A DNA stretch of 20,000 nucleotides from an uncultured virus (IMG/VR IMGVR_UViG_3300017970_000189) (Duplodnaviria > Heunggongvirae > Uroviricota > Caudoviricetes). A program made the translations under genes and the position numbers. Where the stretch lies: IMG/VR virus record IMGVR_UViG_3300017970_000189; one strand, given 5' to 3'. Under the pieces are notes generated by a model, which saw only the letters and a list, made by a program, of their open reading frames with translations, was not told the DNA's origin and searched no databases. Below are positions 1-7,907 of this stretch, one piece after another (the first letter of the stretch is position 1; the number at the start of each line of letters is the position of its first letter).

Positions 1-175
1 TTCCAATTCACCTCAAACCAAAATCACACGCACTGTTCGCTCGAGGCTGTTTAGATATGATCCGGAGGAGTGGATAACCGCCATGACCAACTCTCTTCCG
101 GCATCACGATCTCCCAACCTCGGACTCGTGAGCCACTCGGGCTTCTATCCCCTTATACTCTTTAGGTGTGTCAGA

Positions 176-829
176 TTAGGACACACTCTCCTTTTTCTTC
201 TGTCTTTTTTGTTCACCTAAACTCAGCACACGGAATTTCGCCCTGCTCTCATGGAAGGCCTTCCACCGGTCCTCTAGGTTTGGATCCGCAATTTCCCTCT
301 TCCCCTCTATCCACGGCCCCAGCGGGAGATCATGCTTTTCCAATCCTTCGACTTCCATGAACTCCATGAGAATACTTTCAAAATCTTCCCCCACGTACTC
401 CACCACCGCCTGCTCCCTGGTCATTCTCTCTCCGCTCACCGGGCATTCGATCTCTTCGTCCCACAAAAACACCTTCTCCTTCGCCTCCCAAATCTGCCGC
501 TCCACCGCCCTCCTGAGCGCCTTCCTGAAATCCCCCAGCTCCGATGGCTCCGTCACGCACTTGAGATAACTAAAATCCGTCTCCGTCCCATCCACCCGGA
601 TCACCTCGAAGCACCGATTCCCATATTCCGAGGTCGTCACCCGGAACGCCTTCACCCCAGGTCCGATCTTCCTCTCCCCCTCTGGATGCCGCTTCACCAG
701 TTCCAGCAGAAAAACATGCTCCGGAGGGTCAAGTTCTACGCCCAAAGTCGCCGCATGAAGCATCCCCTTGATCCTGGCCAGGAGCTCCTTTTTCGTTTTG
801 AAGACCTCCTTGCCGATCCGGATTTCCAT
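176..829 (-). CDS. DCL/DUF3223-family protein with a C-terminal degenerate HNH-like domain (217 aa)
   Basis: Motifs LVKRHPEGERKIGPGV and YGNRCFEVIRVDGTETDFSYLKCV match the DUF3223 (DCL) signature; C-terminal CPVSG...VVEY...W..FH...RVL resembles an HNH-like fold. Starts 2 bp after the helicase stop. Confidence 0.8.
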   Translation of the reverse strand: MEIRIGKEVFKTKKELLARIKGMLHAATLGVELDPPEHVFLLELVKRHPEGERKIGPGVKAFRVTTSEYGNRCFEVIRVDGTETDFSYLKCVTEPSELGDFRKALRRAVERQIWEAKEKVFLWDEEIECPVSGERMTREQAVVEYVGEDFESILMEFMEVEGLEKHDLPLGPWIEGKREIADPNLEDRWKAFHESRAKFRVLSLGEQKRQKKKESVS

Positions 830-831
830 CT

Positions 832-2517
832 CTAACCTACTTGCTCCGGGTTCGGCACTTCTTCAGGAACCGGATAGTCATAAAAATCCTTCGCCCAATT
901 CACCCGGTTTTCCCAGCAAATATTCACGTCTGTCTCCGTCCGGGTCACCGCCACATAAGCCAGCCGGTGCTCCGTCTCAAAGTCCTCCCAGCACCGTCCG
1001 CTCATCTCCGTGAACACCACCGTCTGCTCCGCCTGTCGCCCCTTCGCCCCGTGAATCGTCGTGATCCTCGGAATCTTCCTTTCGTCCTCACCCTCGTATT
1101 CCAGCGCATACCCGTTCGCGCTCAATCGATCGTAGTACCTAAAATCGTTCGTATAGTTCAGGACCTGATAGTTTCTCTCCGCAATCACGCGAGCCCCTTC
1201 CCCGGTCAGAATCTTCGCCTGCACCAGATCCTGCAAGCTCACCGCCCCTTTCACCTTCTCCTCCAACCTGCTTTTTGCCCCCCTCACCAGCAGGTCGACC
1301 TTGATTTTCGTTCCCTCATCGACAATATGGGATTTCATCCCATCCTCGATAAGGACCGCTGCCTGGGACCCGCTAATGGTCTTTCCTGCGGAAAGATCCT
1401 GAATAGCCTCCCAGATCCGAATCCTTTTCGTGAACGACAAAGGATCTAGCCCTCTCTCATTTCTAAATGGAAGCCCGGCATCGATATAAGCCTGCGCCAC
1501 ATTCTGACACCCCAGGACATGCCGGTGCAGGATCATGATATCCCCAGGCATCGGCTCAAACGTCCCGGTCACCAGAATCCTCCCCTCCCGTCCACTCACC
1601 CCAATGATCTCCTTGGGATGTCGATGAGCCACACGATTGATAATCTGCGTAGAGAAGTTCACGATGTTTTGCCCAAAACGCTTCGTTTGGCGAAGCTGGA
1701 TTTGGATAGACGCACGCTTCGCTCTCTCGAGGAAAAGCTCAGCGCTCGCGCCGCTCCACTTGTAGATAGCCTGGTCGTCGTCCCCCAACCACCAGATCTC
1801 TTCTGCCTTGGAAAGTACGCGGTCGATTAGGAGGTGATGGATCCCAGAAAGATCTTGGCATTCGTCTAACAGCACGTATCGGATGTCATCGAAGGCAGGC
1901 ATCTCCCGGACCCCGTACTCCAGCATATCCGTGAAGTCGATCAGGCCGTCCGCCAGTTTGAACTTCTCGTATTTCTCCACGAAGTTCTGGTAGATGTTGA
2001 GCCCCATGTTCTGGACTCCCAGCATCATAAGTCCTTCGTTGTTCGGCATCACCCGGGCCTTGTCGAGATCGTCGACCGACTGGGCCTTCGTTCGGGTCAT
2101 TTGGTACGCTGCGAGCGCGGTATCCCATTCCGTACGACCTTGGTTCTTCATCTGGGCGTAAACCTCGGCTAGGTCTTCCCAATCGTAGACCGAATAGGTC
2201 CCGTCCATACTGAAGACCTTGGCGAACTGTTTCATGTCGCCGGTATTGATCAACCGAACGTCCGCCCGGTTCTTATGGAGCCCCCTCCAACAGAGACTGT
2301 GAACCGTCCGGAAGTAGGGAAACATCTGGATCATCCGTGTATCATCTTCAGTTTCAAAGACCTTCACCGCAGCAGCCTTCGCCGCGGCTTTCGTGAAGGC
2401 TAAGAAGGCGATCCTCGTCGGATCGACTCCAGATTCCATCCAATTGCGTACCAATGTGATAGCACTTGACGTCTTCCCAGTACCAGGAGGGCCCCATACT
2501 ACTCGTTCCAAAGGCAT
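832..2517 (-). CDS. Superfamily 1 UvrD/REP-like DNA helicase, phage type (561 aa)
   Basis: Walker A GPPGTGKT, motif Ia AFTKAAA, FRTVHS, Walker B LLDECQD, motif III GDDDQAIY, motif IV QTKRF, motif V TIHGAKG, motif VI YVAVTR. Confidence 0.93.
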   Translation of the reverse strand: MPLERVVWGPPGTGKTSSAITLVRNWMESGVDPTRIAFLAFTKAAAKAAAVKVFETEDDTRMIQMFPYFRTVHSLCWRGLHKNRADVRLINTGDMKQFAKVFSMDGTYSVYDWEDLAEVYAQMKNQGRTEWDTALAAYQMTRTKAQSVDDLDKARVMPNNEGLMMLGVQNMGLNIYQNFVEKYEKFKLADGLIDFTDMLEYGVREMPAFDDIRYVLLDECQDLSGIHHLLIDRVLSKAEEIWWLGDDDQAIYKWSGASAELFLERAKRASIQIQLRQTKRFGQNIVNFSTQIINRVAHRHPKEIIGVSGREGRILVTGTFEPMPGDIMILHRHVLGCQNVAQAYIDAGLPFRNERGLDPLSFTKRIRIWEAIQDLSAGKTISGSQAAVLIEDGMKSHIVDEGTKIKVDLLVRGAKSRLEEKVKGAVSLQDLVQAKILTGEGARVIAERNYQVLNYTNDFRYYDRLSANGYALEYEGEDERKIPRITTIHGAKGRQAEQTVVFTEMSGRCWEDFETEHRLAYVAVTRTETDVNICWENRVNWAKDFYDYPVPEEVPNPEQVG

Positions 2518-2540
2518 ACGTTCTCACTTTTAAGAATCAT

Positions 2541-2737
2541 GTATGCGCGCGCATACGCGAGACGTAACGTTACAAGGTAACAAGTCCTTATGCGCGCCGG
2601 ATAAGTGTAACACCGTTACGGCGTGTGTTACGTTACTGTGACGGATTCCTCCTATGATGTAACGTTGTAACGCTGTAACGGCTTATATACGATTTTACCA
2701 TTGACGAATTATGTCCTCGCGTATGCGCGCGCATACG
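2541..2737. other. Putative origin of replication
   Basis: Non-coding gap between primase and helicase. Two copies of the 16-bp palindrome GTATGCGCGCGCATAC (2541-2556, 2721-2736) form a 21-bp inverted repeat around ten GTAAC/GTTAC pentamers (2564-2679). GC skew changes sign across this region. Confidence 0.7.
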
Positions 2738-2753
2738 TGTTTTGGTTAAATCC

Positions 2754-4634
2754 TTACGAATCTGCATCTGGAGCGTTTCCTACGGGAAAAAGGTCCTCAG
2801 TGGGGTCCTCAGGTACGACTACCGGGGTGGGTTTATGGTCGGAAGGGGTAACGGCTGGGGTGGTTGGGGAGGGGGTCCCGTGACCGTTCCCGTTACCGTT
2901 TGTTCCTCCACCCTGGATGATGGACTTCATCCAGAGACGTTGGACGCCGCCGCCCCTGCTGAAGCGTTTTGTATCGCTCTTCCAGCCCATGTCCTTGAGC
3001 TTCTCCCGAAGGTGATTTTTAGTGATTTTGGCATCGGTTTCGCCCATGAACTCGTGAAACGTGGCGAACTTGAAGAACTGGTGCTCGTCGTCGAACCCGG
3101 GGTACTTCTTGAGGAGCCCGACATCCGGGTCCTTCTTGGCTTCCGCGAGGAATTCTTCGAGGGCGAGTTCGATGGCTCCGGCCGGCCGGGAGTCCTCTGG
3201 AGCCTCCTTTTCTTCGTAAAGATTGTTCTTCTTGGCCTCGTCGATCATGGTCATCCACTCCGAATCGTGAAGGTCCGAGGTAAGGGGTAGGCCATGTTGG
3301 TCAAGGACTTCCTGACGGAAGTCCTTGAATTTTGAGAAGCGGGAGTTGTCCAGGGTGATGATGTATTCCTTGGCCTCCCTTTCGAGAGTAACGGTCCAAC
3401 GGGATGGCTGGGACTTGAACTGGATGAGATGGAGGAACTTGAAGTCGACGGGTTGTTCGTCTCGGCGATGGCCTTTTTTCCTGGGAAGGCGGGTATTGAT
3501 GCTCTTCAAAAGTTTTTCGTAGCTGGCCCGGATCGGGCCTTCCGGGTGCTTGTCGTGGATGAGTTCTTCGATATGCTTCCTGCCGGTAAGACCCTTGAGA
3601 TTCAGATTTTTGTAGGTATCCGCGACGTCCTTGAGCCTTTTTTTCGTGTCGCCTTTGTTGAGTTCAGAGGCAATTTCGACGACTTTTCTCGTGCAGCTTT
3701 CCTTGACCCCGGTCCGGATGAACCAGCCGGCGACGGACATGGCCATATTGTGGCGATCGCCTTCGATCCAGATCTGGGAGACGAGTTTGCCGAGTTCTTG
3801 GATGGTTTCCTCGGGGAGTTCGATCGTGGGGGTGGGGAGGGGATCTGGAGTACCTTCCGGGGAGGCAGCCTGTTGGAGGAAGGTCTCGGAAGGGGTGGCA
3901 TCGGCCTTGGGGGTAGCTGGCGAAGAGGGAGTCGGGGAGGCGGAGGGTGAGACGGGAGCTCCGACCAAGCGGCGTTCTTCCTCGATCGGGAGGAAGTCGA
4001 AATCATCCAGGTTGTAGCGGAATTCGGGATGCCACCAGGAGATTTCGACGGTTCGTACGGGATCGTAATTGAAATTTGTGGTCCAGGGGATGCGGAGGAC
4101 GCGGGCGAGATCGATGGACTGGGTATCGGCGCCGAAGAATTTGGCGAGGGCCCGGTTGATGGCCTTGAGGTGCCAGAGATCGTTGCCGGTGACGAGCTCC
4201 TTGGTGAGCCAGAAGACTTGGATACCGCCTCCCGAGCGGACGATGATGGAAGGTTTCCGGGGGAATTCGAGGAGGGCTTTCCGGGCGATTTCCTCGGGGA
4301 CGGTTTTGCCTTTGTGGCCCTGGTCGGCAAAGTCGAATTCGGCCCAGATGCAGCCTGAGGAGAGGGCGAGGGCTTCGGTGCCGCGGGAGTTTGAGGCCCA
4401 TTTTTCCCGGCGGAGGCAGACGCCCATGTAGACGTTGTTCGAGCGGTTGTGATTGGTAGCGGAGGAGAGGAAGCTGTCGATGGAGTCCGGGTAGGAGAAG
4501 GGGTACGCGACCTTGAAGCCCTCTTTGCGCAGTTTCGAGCCGATGATGGTGAGTTCTGCTACGCCCTTCTCATCGCCCCAAATCGCCTGAAGGAACTCCT
4601 TAGCCGATATTTGAGGAACGGCCGGGGGAGCCAT
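2754..4634 (-). CDS. RepB'-like (AEP superfamily) DNA primase with PriCT-like helical domain and uncharacterised C-terminal region (626 aa)
   Basis: Motifs NVYMGVCLR, IWAEFD, PSIIVRSGGGIQVFW and DLARVLRIPWTTN are typical of RepB primase-like domains; Pro/Ser/Thr linker; EGDRHNMAMSVAGWF resembles PriCT-1. No helicase Walker A motif. Confidence 0.8.
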   Translation of the reverse strand: MAPPAVPQISAKEFLQAIWGDEKGVAELTIIGSKLRKEGFKVAYPFSYPDSIDSFLSSATNHNRSNNVYMGVCLRREKWASNSRGTEALALSSGCIWAEFDFADQGHKGKTVPEEIARKALLEFPRKPSIIVRSGGGIQVFWLTKELVTGNDLWHLKAINRALAKFFGADTQSIDLARVLRIPWTTNFNYDPVRTVEISWWHPEFRYNLDDFDFLPIEEERRLVGAPVSPSASPTPSSPATPKADATPSETFLQQAASPEGTPDPLPTPTIELPEETIQELGKLVSQIWIEGDRHNMAMSVAGWFIRTGVKESCTRKVVEIASELNKGDTKKRLKDVADTYKNLNLKGLTGRKHIEELIHDKHPEGPIRASYEKLLKSINTRLPRKKGHRRDEQPVDFKFLHLIQFKSQPSRWTVTLEREAKEYIITLDNSRFSKFKDFRQEVLDQHGLPLTSDLHDSEWMTMIDEAKKNNLYEEKEAPEDSRPAGAIELALEEFLAEAKKDPDVGLLKKYPGFDDEHQFFKFATFHEFMGETDAKITKNHLREKLKDMGWKSDTKRFSRGGGVQRLWMKSIIQGGGTNGNGNGHGTPSPTTPAVTPSDHKPTPVVVPEDPTEDLFPVGNAPDADS

Positions 4635-4702
4635 CCGGATCCTCTCTCACACTCCAAGACTTCAGAATTCGTTTAACGACGCATCTCGAGGTCCCTTGGG
4701 AA

Positions 4703-4860
4703 TCCGGGAACCACGAAAGCCATGCCGCCGCGCGCGTTCGGTCGCTTGATCCAGACGTGCTCGGTCTGCGCACTGAACACGGAGGAAGAAGGCGAGGCGG
4801 AACGACGGCACGGCTTTCGGGATTCGCGGACCATTTCGCTCTCTCCGGTTCAGTGCGCAG
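4703..4860 (-). ncRNA. Candidate structured 5' leader (cis-regulatory RNA) of the primase gene
   Basis: Inverted repeat 1: 4766-4784 with 4843-4860 (13 bp perfect plus 5 bp after a 1-nt bulge). Inverted repeat 2: 4703-4730 with 4803-4830 (23/28 Watson-Crick; 3 of the 5 mismatches are G-U on the - strand). Confidence 0.55.
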
Positions 4861-4865
4861 GTCAA

Positions 4866-4893
4866 AGTGTATCCCTGAGGAAAAAAGAGTCAA
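4866..4893 (-). promoter_or_regulatory. Sigma70-like promoter for the replication operon
   Basis: On the - strand TTGACT (4893-4888), 16-bp spacer, TACACT (4871-4866), with AT-rich sequence upstream. Predicted start near 4860 coincides with the first base of the leader hairpin. Confidence 0.6.
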
Positions 4894-5019
4894 GGCGATT
4901 CGTTCATATTCTCTTAAAAATTTGATCGCTTTTTGTGTGTCAGCGAATTAGGAGTCACTAGGAATTGTGTTCGACGGTTTTGAGTGGTGGAGAGAGGGGC
5001 TGGATTCGGTGGGTGAGTA

Positions 5020-5028
5020 TGATAGAAT
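5020..5028 (+). promoter_or_regulatory. Extended -10 promoter, probably giving a leaderless transcript
   Basis: TG-a-TAGAAT at 5020-5028, 6 nt before ATG 5035; no Shine-Dalgarno sequence in between. Confidence 0.5.
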
Positions 5029-5034
5029 CGCGGC

Positions 5035-5589
5035 ATGCCGATCGTGCTCTACACGAACGAAAAGCTTGAGGTGGGGAGCGTTGTGGACACGAGGAAATTT
5101 TGTGGGCTGAACGCGGAGGCGTTGAGAGGGGGAACGCGGGAGGAGCAGGAGGTGGAGGGTTTTCTGGAGGAAGTGAGGGAGGAACATTTTCCGGAAGCGC
5201 CGGATCGGCTGTGTTCGGTGGTGGGGATTCCGATCCCGAGGATGACGGGGCGCGTGAGGGAGGGGGATGTTGCCAGCGGAAAATGGTTTGCATTCACCGA
5301 GATCGAGACTCCCGAGCCTCCAGGGTGGGGAGAGTATTGTTACCACATTGTGGGCGAGCGGGGCTCGAAGCGTGTTTCGGTGGATGAGGGGTGGGTGGGG
5401 AAACTGGTGGAAGATTGGAATGGGCTTCGGGGAAGTTTCGAGAGGTGGAAACTGGCGAGTGACTACTGGGCGGGGAAGATATTTAGGGAATATTCGGTTC
5501 TCATTCAAGGGCCGATCAGGGTGGTGAGCGAGTGCGGAAGAGCGCACGGGGGACGCAGATTGAAGCCGATGATTTGGGAGGCGGACTGA
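5035..5589 (+). CDS. DUF2441-like protein, possibly ADP-ribosyltransferase-like fold (184 aa)
   Basis: EGFLEEVREEHFPEAPDRL and ASDYWAG...VLIQGPIRVV resemble the E..R...FP..PSRL and A..YW.G...L..G.V.V pattern of DUF2441 proteins. Confidence 0.5.
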   Translation: MPIVLYTNEKLEVGSVVDTRKFCGLNAEALRGGTREEQEVEGFLEEVREEHFPEAPDRLCSVVGIPIPRMTGRVREGDVASGKWFAFTEIETPEPPGWGEYCYHIVGERGSKRVSVDEGWVGKLVEDWNGLRGSFERWKLASDYWAGKIFREYSVLIQGPIRVVSECGRAHGGRRLKPMIWEAD

Positions 5590-5590
5590 G

Positions 5591-5947
5591 ATGAGATATC
5601 GGGTGGTGAATTTGCTGGGGCAACCGCTGCAAACGACTCCGTACAGCCAGGCCCAGCGTCAGCATCTGCCGTGCCCGGATCTTCCTGCCGAAGGGGCGCC
5701 GCCGGAGAGTTGCGCGCAGGTTTCGGACGGTGGGATCATCTGCGAGGACGGGACGTATTATCCGTCGTATTGTGCGGCGCCGAGGGTGACGGAGCCGAGC
5801 CTGGCGCCTTATGTTCAGAGCCAGGGGTTTTATGTTCCGCAGCCGCCGGCGAAGGCGAGTCTGGAAGCGGAGACAGGGACGGCATTTCCGTGGCTTGCGG
5901 TAGGGATTTCCGCGGCGAGCATCGTGGGATCGATCCTCTTCAGCTAG
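5591..5947 (+). CDS. Hypothetical protein with 4 Cys and a C-terminal transmembrane anchor (118 aa)
   Basis: ATG 1 bp after the upstream stop, preceded by GGAGG; C-terminal FPWLAVGISAASIVGSILFS is hydrophobic. Confidence 0.75.
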   Translation: MRYRVVNLLGQPLQTTPYSQAQRQHLPCPDLPAEGAPPESCAQVSDGGIICEDGTYYPSYCAAPRVTEPSLAPYVQSQGFYVPQPPAKASLEAETGTAFPWLAVGISAASIVGSILFS

Positions 5948-6145
5948 AGCAAAGCAGCGGCGGAAAAGCCTCCAGGAAGCGCGAAATCGATCCGAGACGA
6001 GTCCCAGGTCGTCTTAGCCCGGGGAAATGCGTTAAATCCAAACCGAAAACTGAGAGATGGGTTAGGTGTGCGCGCCTGGCGTCCGGTGAAGCAGACGCCT
6101 GAGAGAGGTGGATCGGGCAGCATGTCCTATAGGACGGGAGGGAGG

Positions 6146-6574
6146 ATGGCAAAAGAACCCTTCGAAAGAGATCTTTCACCCAAAGTGAAGCTCTTCTACG
6201 GCTACAAGGATGGCCGGTGTGAGCTTAAGATCATGACTCCCATAGGACTAAGTGTGCCTGTCACAGTTCCTTCAGAAGCGATCCCCACGATCAAGAAGGT
6301 TTTTGATGAGGCGTACCTATGGGACATGAAGGCGGAGGAGGAGCGGAAGGATGGGAAAGGAGATCTGGAGCGGGTGATCGAGGTGAGGGCGAAGGTGGTG
6401 TACGGTTTCCCGGATGGGCATGTGGTGATTTCGGTGAGGCCGGTGAAGGTGGCTCCGTGGTTGTCGGTGGAGATCACGCGGGAGGAGTTGATTGAGGGGA
6501 AGAAGGCGATGGACGAGGTCAATCTATGGAACCTGATGCCTGTGGAAGTGAGGGAAATGCAGGGTGCGGCGTAG
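6146..6574 (+). CDS. Hypothetical protein with two tandem ~70-aa repeats (142 aa)
   Basis: In the 6068 ORF frame; ATG 6146 follows GGGAGGGAGG. The halves align: ER...K..YG..DG...KK..DE..LW. Confidence 0.75.
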   Translation: MAKEPFERDLSPKVKLFYGYKDGRCELKIMTPIGLSVPVTVPSEAIPTIKKVFDEAYLWDMKAEEERKDGKGDLERVIEVRAKVVYGFPDGHVVISVRPVKVAPWLSVEITREELIEGKKAMDEVNLWNLMPVEVREMQGAA

Positions 6575-6596
6575 GTTGGAGGGGTTTTCATGAGGT

Positions 6597-6805
6597 CCTA
6601 TAGGTGTGATGGGGCTAAAAGGAGAGCGGAATTGAAGGTTTCCTATGGACACCTATAGGAGAGATGGTGAACGTAAAAAAAGGGGCGGGACCTATAGATG
6701 GGCGGGTGCTAGGAGGCGAGTAGGCGTGTCCTATAGGTCCGCTAGGAGATTGAGCGAATTTCGCAGGAAAACGGTCTTTTTTGGCGTGAGACTGATCTCC
6801 TATGG
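6597..6805. repeat. Cluster of CCTATAGG palindromes and variants
   Basis: CCTATAGG at 6597, 6652 and 6730; CCTATAGA at 6691; CCTATGG at 6642 and 6799, in a largely non-coding gap. Confidence 0.75.
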
Positions 6806-6831
6806 AAGGGAGATTTGTAATGGAGGGGGCA

Positions 6832-7161
6832 ATGAATCTAAGTAGTCAGCCGAATCCAGGTGATCAGCCGAGTCCCGGCGTGTTGAACGCAGGCGGGTTA
6901 AATCCAAGCGATCCGGAGGAACTGTTAAACCGACACTGCGAATGGCTTAAGACCATCGCTAACTATCTTTGTGTGGGGTGTAATAGGCCGAGGGAACGGA
7001 AGACGCTGCGGATAATCGGGCTTTGGTTTCCGGCGAAGGAGTACAAAAAGTCGGGAGTGACGAGCTATTCGCTCTGCAACGAGTGTGAGAAGCTGACTAA
7101 AAAGGAGATTTACGACAGGGTGGAGGCTTGGGGGGTGGAAAGAGGATATTTCGAGCTGTGA
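6832..7161 (+). CDS. Small zinc-finger protein (CxxC...CxxC); start may be 6802, 6820 or 6832
   Basis: CVGC and CNEC pairs; GGAGG precedes ATG 6832; stop overlaps the next GTG start (GTGA). Confidence 0.7.
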   Translation: MNLSSQPNPGDQPSPGVLNAGGLNPSDPEELLNRHCEWLKTIANYLCVGCNRPRERKTLRIIGLWFPAKEYKKSGVTSYSLCNECEKLTKKEIYDRVEAWGVERGYFEL

Positions 7162-7598
7162 ATACTCCCGAATACACGCCGTGGGTGGAGCACGTCTATG
7201 CATCGCTCCGGTGGGCGGAAGGGTCGATCCGGAAGCTGCACGAACTCCTGGAGTCGGAGACGCTGGATGACGAGGTGCGGAGCCGGGCGGCGCGCGCGAT
7301 CGGGTGGATCGATTCGGCCCGGAAGGAGGCGTTCTTTGCTTTTGAGAAGATGGGGAATTACGGCTCGAACCAGCGCCAGTCGAAGCTGGATGTTTCTTCT
7401 ATAGGAGAGGAGACAAAAATAAAGATGCTGAGGTTGAACGCGACGTACCTGGAGGCTTCGGTGGAATCTGTGGAGGGGAATGCGAGCTACGATTCCCTAA
7501 GGAGCACCATGCTTTACCTGGTGGAGACGATGAGGCGGGAAGCGGATGAGATCGAGAGGGAGCGGAAGAGGAGTCTGGAAGGGCCGCCTGGGGCATAA
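7158..7598 (+). CDS. Hypothetical alpha-helical protein (146 aa)
   Basis: GTG at 7158 overlaps the upstream TGA and is in frame with ORF 7128-7598; AGAGGA upstream. Confidence 0.65.
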   Translation: MNTPEYTPWVEHVYASLRWAEGSIRKLHELLESETLDDEVRSRAARAIGWIDSARKEAFFAFEKMGNYGSNQRQSKLDVSSIGEETKIKMLRLNATYLEASVESVEGNASYDSLRSTMLYLVETMRREADEIERERKRSLEGPPGA

Positions 7599-7767
7599 GA
7601 GGATCTATAGGAGGGGGAAGAAAAAAGGAAAAGCGGCGCAGCGGGATCTATAGGAGAGCGCGGGCGCGGCGGCGCACGCACGGGAAGGATGGAGTCCTCC
7701 GCGGGATGCGGTCCTTCGGGTGTGGGAGGGGTCCGGGAGCGCGAGAAGAATTTTTTGCATTTTCTGC

Positions 7768-7796
7768 TTGACTTGGCACGATTGCGCGGTTATAAA
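7768..7796 (+). promoter_or_regulatory. Near-consensus sigma70 promoter of the putative structural operon
   Basis: TTGACT (7768-7773), 17-bp spacer, TATAAA (7791-7796), preceded by an AT-rich UP-like tract (7746-7764). Confidence 0.8.
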
Positions 7797-7907
7797 TCAC
7801 ATCGACTCCTCCCCCGGAGTCTACCAGCGTAACGTAGTTTGTTGAGGTAGACGTTCTCAAGGCATCGCAGTTTTTTCCGTCGCAGTGGTTGTCGCCGGGA
7901 GAAAACG

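Noticed and set aside
1..175. Possible gene downstream of the DUF3223 ORF on the - strand
   Set aside because: Only very short ORFs (about 23 codons or fewer) by manual translation; cannot be supported.
332..4431. Plus-strand ORFs opposite the helicase, primase and DUF3223 genes
   Set aside because: Antisense shadows typical of GC-rich coding DNA, with no recognisable motifs.
4766..4860. Long hairpin as SRP RNA, 6S RNA or tRNA
   Set aside because: No SRP domain IV motif and no cloverleaf or T-loop; kept only as an unknown leader.
6590..6810. CCTATAGG cluster as a CRISPR array
   Set aside because: The conserved core is only 7-8 bp with irregular spacing, and there are no cas genes in the window.
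6645..6845. 66-aa Arg-rich ORF across the palindrome cluster
   Set aside because: Composition reflects the G-rich repeats; no recognisable motif, though a small gene cannot be excluded.
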